From: Macrostomum hystrix
Lineage: Eukaryota > Animalia > Platyhelminthes
Direction of reading: 5' to 3'
Assembly: GCA_950097015.1 (NCBI GenBank)
Contig: CATNEN010000007.1
Span: 3,844,001-3,908,000, forward strand
Length of the DNA stretch: 64,000 nt
Shown: in pieces, positions 60,747 through 64,000 of the stretch
Position numbering within the stretch: the first letter of the stretch is position 1
How the letters are laid out: every line of letters starts with the position of its first letter
The notes under the pieces: generated by a model
The model's input: only the letters and a program-made list of their open reading frames with translations
What the model was told of the DNA's origin: nothing
The model's database searches: none
Position numbers and translations under genes: made by a program

Positions 60747-63339
60747 AATTTGTATTGTTGTATGATGTGAGGAGGGGTGGGGAGAGAGGGGTGGTTCTGT
60801 TCTAACTTTGAAAACATTTGTTTTATAGATGACGAAGTGTCCACAAGTCTAAGTCTCTTCGTCATCCACCCTCTAAGATATTGGACAGATCGTCATCTGG
60901 ATGACAAAGTGTCCAGGTACCCTTGTAGGGTAAGTGCTAGAGAAAGCATGTGAGGAGTGGCTGGCCTAGCAGTTATTACTACTAGGCCTATATTTAAGCA
61001 ATGCAAAGTTCAGAGTTCTTGGCAGAAAGGTGGGATGAGCAAACACTCTCAGATATTTCACCAAGGAAATTGGTAGGCCTATCTAAGGCAGAGCTACATA
61101 GCCAGTCTTCTTCAGTTTCTAGGCAGCCACAACATCAGCACTTTGATTGCTGTCCTTTGTGTGTACTACACTTTTTTGATGACCTTGTTTTGTCAGCTCT
61201 TCAACAACTAATAAATAGTAAAATATGAATGTAAAAAGGCTTTACAATAGCATGCTTGATATATAATTATAAAAACACTGTTCTTGTTATTGAATACTGC
61301 ACTTATTTGCTTAAAAAGTTTTTATAAAAACGACCTAGCTGTTCCTAAGCCAAGTCGTGATTGCAGTAAATCTGACAAAAAGTAAAACAAAAAAATTAAT
61401 TAGACTTAGCAGTCAAAAATTTAATTTCAGTCCTCATTATAGAGCCCTCTATAGGCCTAATGCTAACCCAACCCATAAAGGTGTTGATGGCCGACCTATT
61501 AGTGAAACCGATTGCAATAGGTGGTGATTTAATTAGCAAATCTGCAACCTGAAGCCCAAACTCTATTGGTAGGCCTATTGCTAAAAACTCTATTGTCTTT
61601 ATTGTCTATTGGCAGATTTGAATTGAATAGAGGACTTATTATTTTATTGTCTATTAGTACATTGAATAGAGGACTTATTATGTGCGTGATAGTTATTTAA
61701 ATAAGATTCATATGAGCTTAGCTTAGAATGCAATTCTGAACAAGACTCACAAAATTTCAGAAAATTTAAAAAGTTTAAAAAGTTTATAATTCAGAATTAT
61801 AGTTCCCTTGGAATAGTTGTTATTGTTCTTGTTATATTAAAGCACATAATATTTTTAGTATCGTTTAACACAGCAAGTTCGTGTTTTTGTTTATTTGTTT
61901 ATTGTTATTAATGGGTCAATAATAAGTTAATTGTTAATAAGTTTATTAGTTAATAAGTTAATAATTTTATTGTTAATAAGTATGCTATTTCAACGGCCAT
62001 AACGGCATTATGCAGTACTTAACTGATTCAACACGAGGCCTAGTAACTGAATTCACCGCCACTTAATTTCACCGCTTTAAAAAATACGCTATCTGTGGTT
62101 AAAACTGCATTAAATCACATTAAGTCACGTAAGGTCACATAAGCTTGAAATGTAACAGCGCTTTTCATGCGCAATTATGCGCAAAGAATAATTCTCATTT
62201 AGTTGGTTTATACATAAGTTTAGCGGCTAGACGCCGCTAGAGTATTAGTTATAATTTACAATATTTCCAATTTATGAGGCCAATTATTCCAAGTTTCTAA
62301 GCTGTTACAAGGAGGTGCAGGCCAGGCCAGTTGCAACTCTAAAATAAAACAAATTAATTGATTCAAAAAGACCATGTGGACATTTTGTTGTAGGGCTCTT
62401 TTATTAATATTAAAAACTCACTTTCATCACACCTTAAATTGACCCTTTAAAATTTATTCTTAATTTCTTTTGTCAATGACTTACCTAATACTATAGGCCT
62501 ACTTCATAGACTGGCTAGGCCTATGTACTTTTCTTACTTCATAGGCCTATGTATATTGCTTAATTTAGCCAGATAGGCTGCTTTCTTTCCCAAATATGGT
62601 AGCATTCTCACGAGTGTCCGAGTGGCAAGACACTTATTTCCCTTCTTATTTATTTATAAACTATCTGGTTTTCTGTTTTTTCCCCAGTCTTTCTAGGCTT
62701 CCAAATGGACTGAATTTGCCCAAATTTGCACACAGTGCTATTCCACCAATCGGGATTTACACTCTCTTCTTTCAGTTATTAAACTATACTGCTTTTGATA
62801 AATATCTCCTTCTTTATTCTTTCGAATATTTACTGACTTATGTGTAATCACAGACCTGCTTTTCTCTCTTTAAAAATAAGAACAATTAAACACTTTGATA
62901 CTTTTCTCTTTCAACTCTTTCTCCATTATTCACCACAGAACAGGGTACAGGGCACTGGTTGAAGATTCTATAGCTAATTTGCCATTGTATTTATAGCAAA
63001 ATTTGATGTGGGTGACACAATACAGACAAAAAATGATAAAACAAGAAAAATGTGTTTGGCAGGAATTCAAGTTATAAAGTTATAAAAAACTTTCTATATA
63101 AAATTAGGGCCTGCCTCAATTTTAATTAATTATATAAACATTACCATGCTGCTAAAATATAATGTAATGCTTGAATGCTGAAATATCTTTGTAATGCTAA
63201 AATGTAATTAGAGCATTAAGTGAAAAATCAGTAGGTCCTAACATGTATACTATAAATCTTCATTGTTATTATTCTGGGTGGCACATAAGTAACTGAATTA
63301 TCACTTGCCTAATAGACTTACTAACAAACTAAATATGAT

Positions 63340-63415
63340 CTATATGCATGTGTGCTCAGGAGTCAATGAAATAGGCAGAATTGCCTCCTTGCTGGCTATA
63401 GGTCTAGTGTCATCA
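63340..63415 (+). mobile_element. SINE family 2 3' fragment
   Basis: GTGTGCTCAGGAGTCAATGAAATAGGCAGAATTGCCTCCTTGCTGGCT matches 6250-6300. Confidence 0.65.
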
Positions 63416-64000
63416 AATAATCTGTGAATGTCAATAGCCCTCCTACAGTTATTATAAATTTTTTTAACAATAGTGCATATTGAAGTTATGGTCAAAGGTG
63501 AGGCATGGGGATTCAAATGTCAATGAGTTTGAATCAACAGAGCTAGCTGCAAGTTTTGCAAACCTTAAAGTTTAAGGGTAAAAATTATCTAATTTATTGC
63601 TATGTTTGCAATTACATTTCCAGAGTCAAACCCTTTCTAGAGTATAAAGGACACCTTTTTTTAAAGCAATAAGGAGTTTGTAATTAGAAATTGGCCTACA
63701 AACATGCTATGGTTTTGCTGTTGGGACAACTTTGTAGCTAGGGCAATACCACAAATTGTGTAGCTATAGGCCTAGGAATTGGAAACTTGTGTCATGAAAC
63801 ATATAACACAAAAAATTATTATTTGGGAAATAATTAGGAAATAGCAAAGAAATTTCACATATATACTCAGCAACAGCTAACCCCCCCAACTCATGCTGTC
63901 ACACGGGCACAAAAGTTAAGCAATATCTTTAATTCTAGTCTCAGTATCATGTGTAGGAACCACGAGCATGCAAAAGTGCCATGCATAAAAACTATATATC

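Larger units (their letters stand above)
58618..60761 (+). mobile_element. RTE-clade non-LTR retrotransposon, 2144 bp, endonuclease internally deleted, with an 11-bp TSD
   Basis: ATGATGTGAGG at 58607-58617 and 60762-60772. Three 18-bp repeats at 58615-58668 precede an ATG at 58669. The Arg-rich ORF ends just after the APE start motif LKLATWNCRT, and the RT follows in another frame. 3' hairpin and a short TTG-rich tail. Confidence 0.9.
58345..60922. mobile_element. Degenerate TIR (MITE-like) host element of ~420 bp, split by the RTE insertion
   Basis: Left GGGATCCTAGACATTTCATCATC versus the reverse complement of the right end GGGTACCTGGACACTTTGTCATCC (about 17/23 identical). Inverted subterminal GGACACTTCGTCA at ~58396 and ~60830. 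A homologous stretch flanks the 48.3-kb MITE. Confidence 0.5.

Noticed and set aside
62221-62240. TAGCGGC-TAGAC-GCCGCTA hairpin as a Helitron 3' end
   Set aside because: No CTRR terminus at the expected spacing and no second copy in the window.

Overview
Eukaryotic (metazoan) genomic DNA with spliceosomal GT-AG introns. GC3-rich exons, minisatellite-filled introns and poly-Gln/Ala tracts suggest a free-living flatworm such as Macrostomum (inference, not verified). Eight protein-coding genes were hand-spliced or read directly, all on the minus strand: eS10/RPS10, a divergent SLC15/POT-like transporter, a 227-aa orphan, a 15-exon TMEM131 (1849 aa), a sphingosine-1-phosphate phosphatase (SGPP), a highly divergent Cys-loop ligand-gated ion channel subunit (479 aa), a 205-aa hydrophobic orphan and the 5' end of a secreted protein. 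There is also an intronic tRNA-Gly(CCC). Mobile DNA includes a TSD-flanked RTE-type retrotransposon that lacks its endonuclease domain but keeps an intact RT ORF, two LINE 3' fragments, two tRNA-derived SINE families (one CORE-like), and a TTAA-flanked MITE nested in another TIR-like element whose empty site is also in the window. About 25 different tandem arrays fill introns and intergenic space up to ~45.5 kb. Gene models are manual with phase-checked junctions; tandem-array boundaries are approximate.
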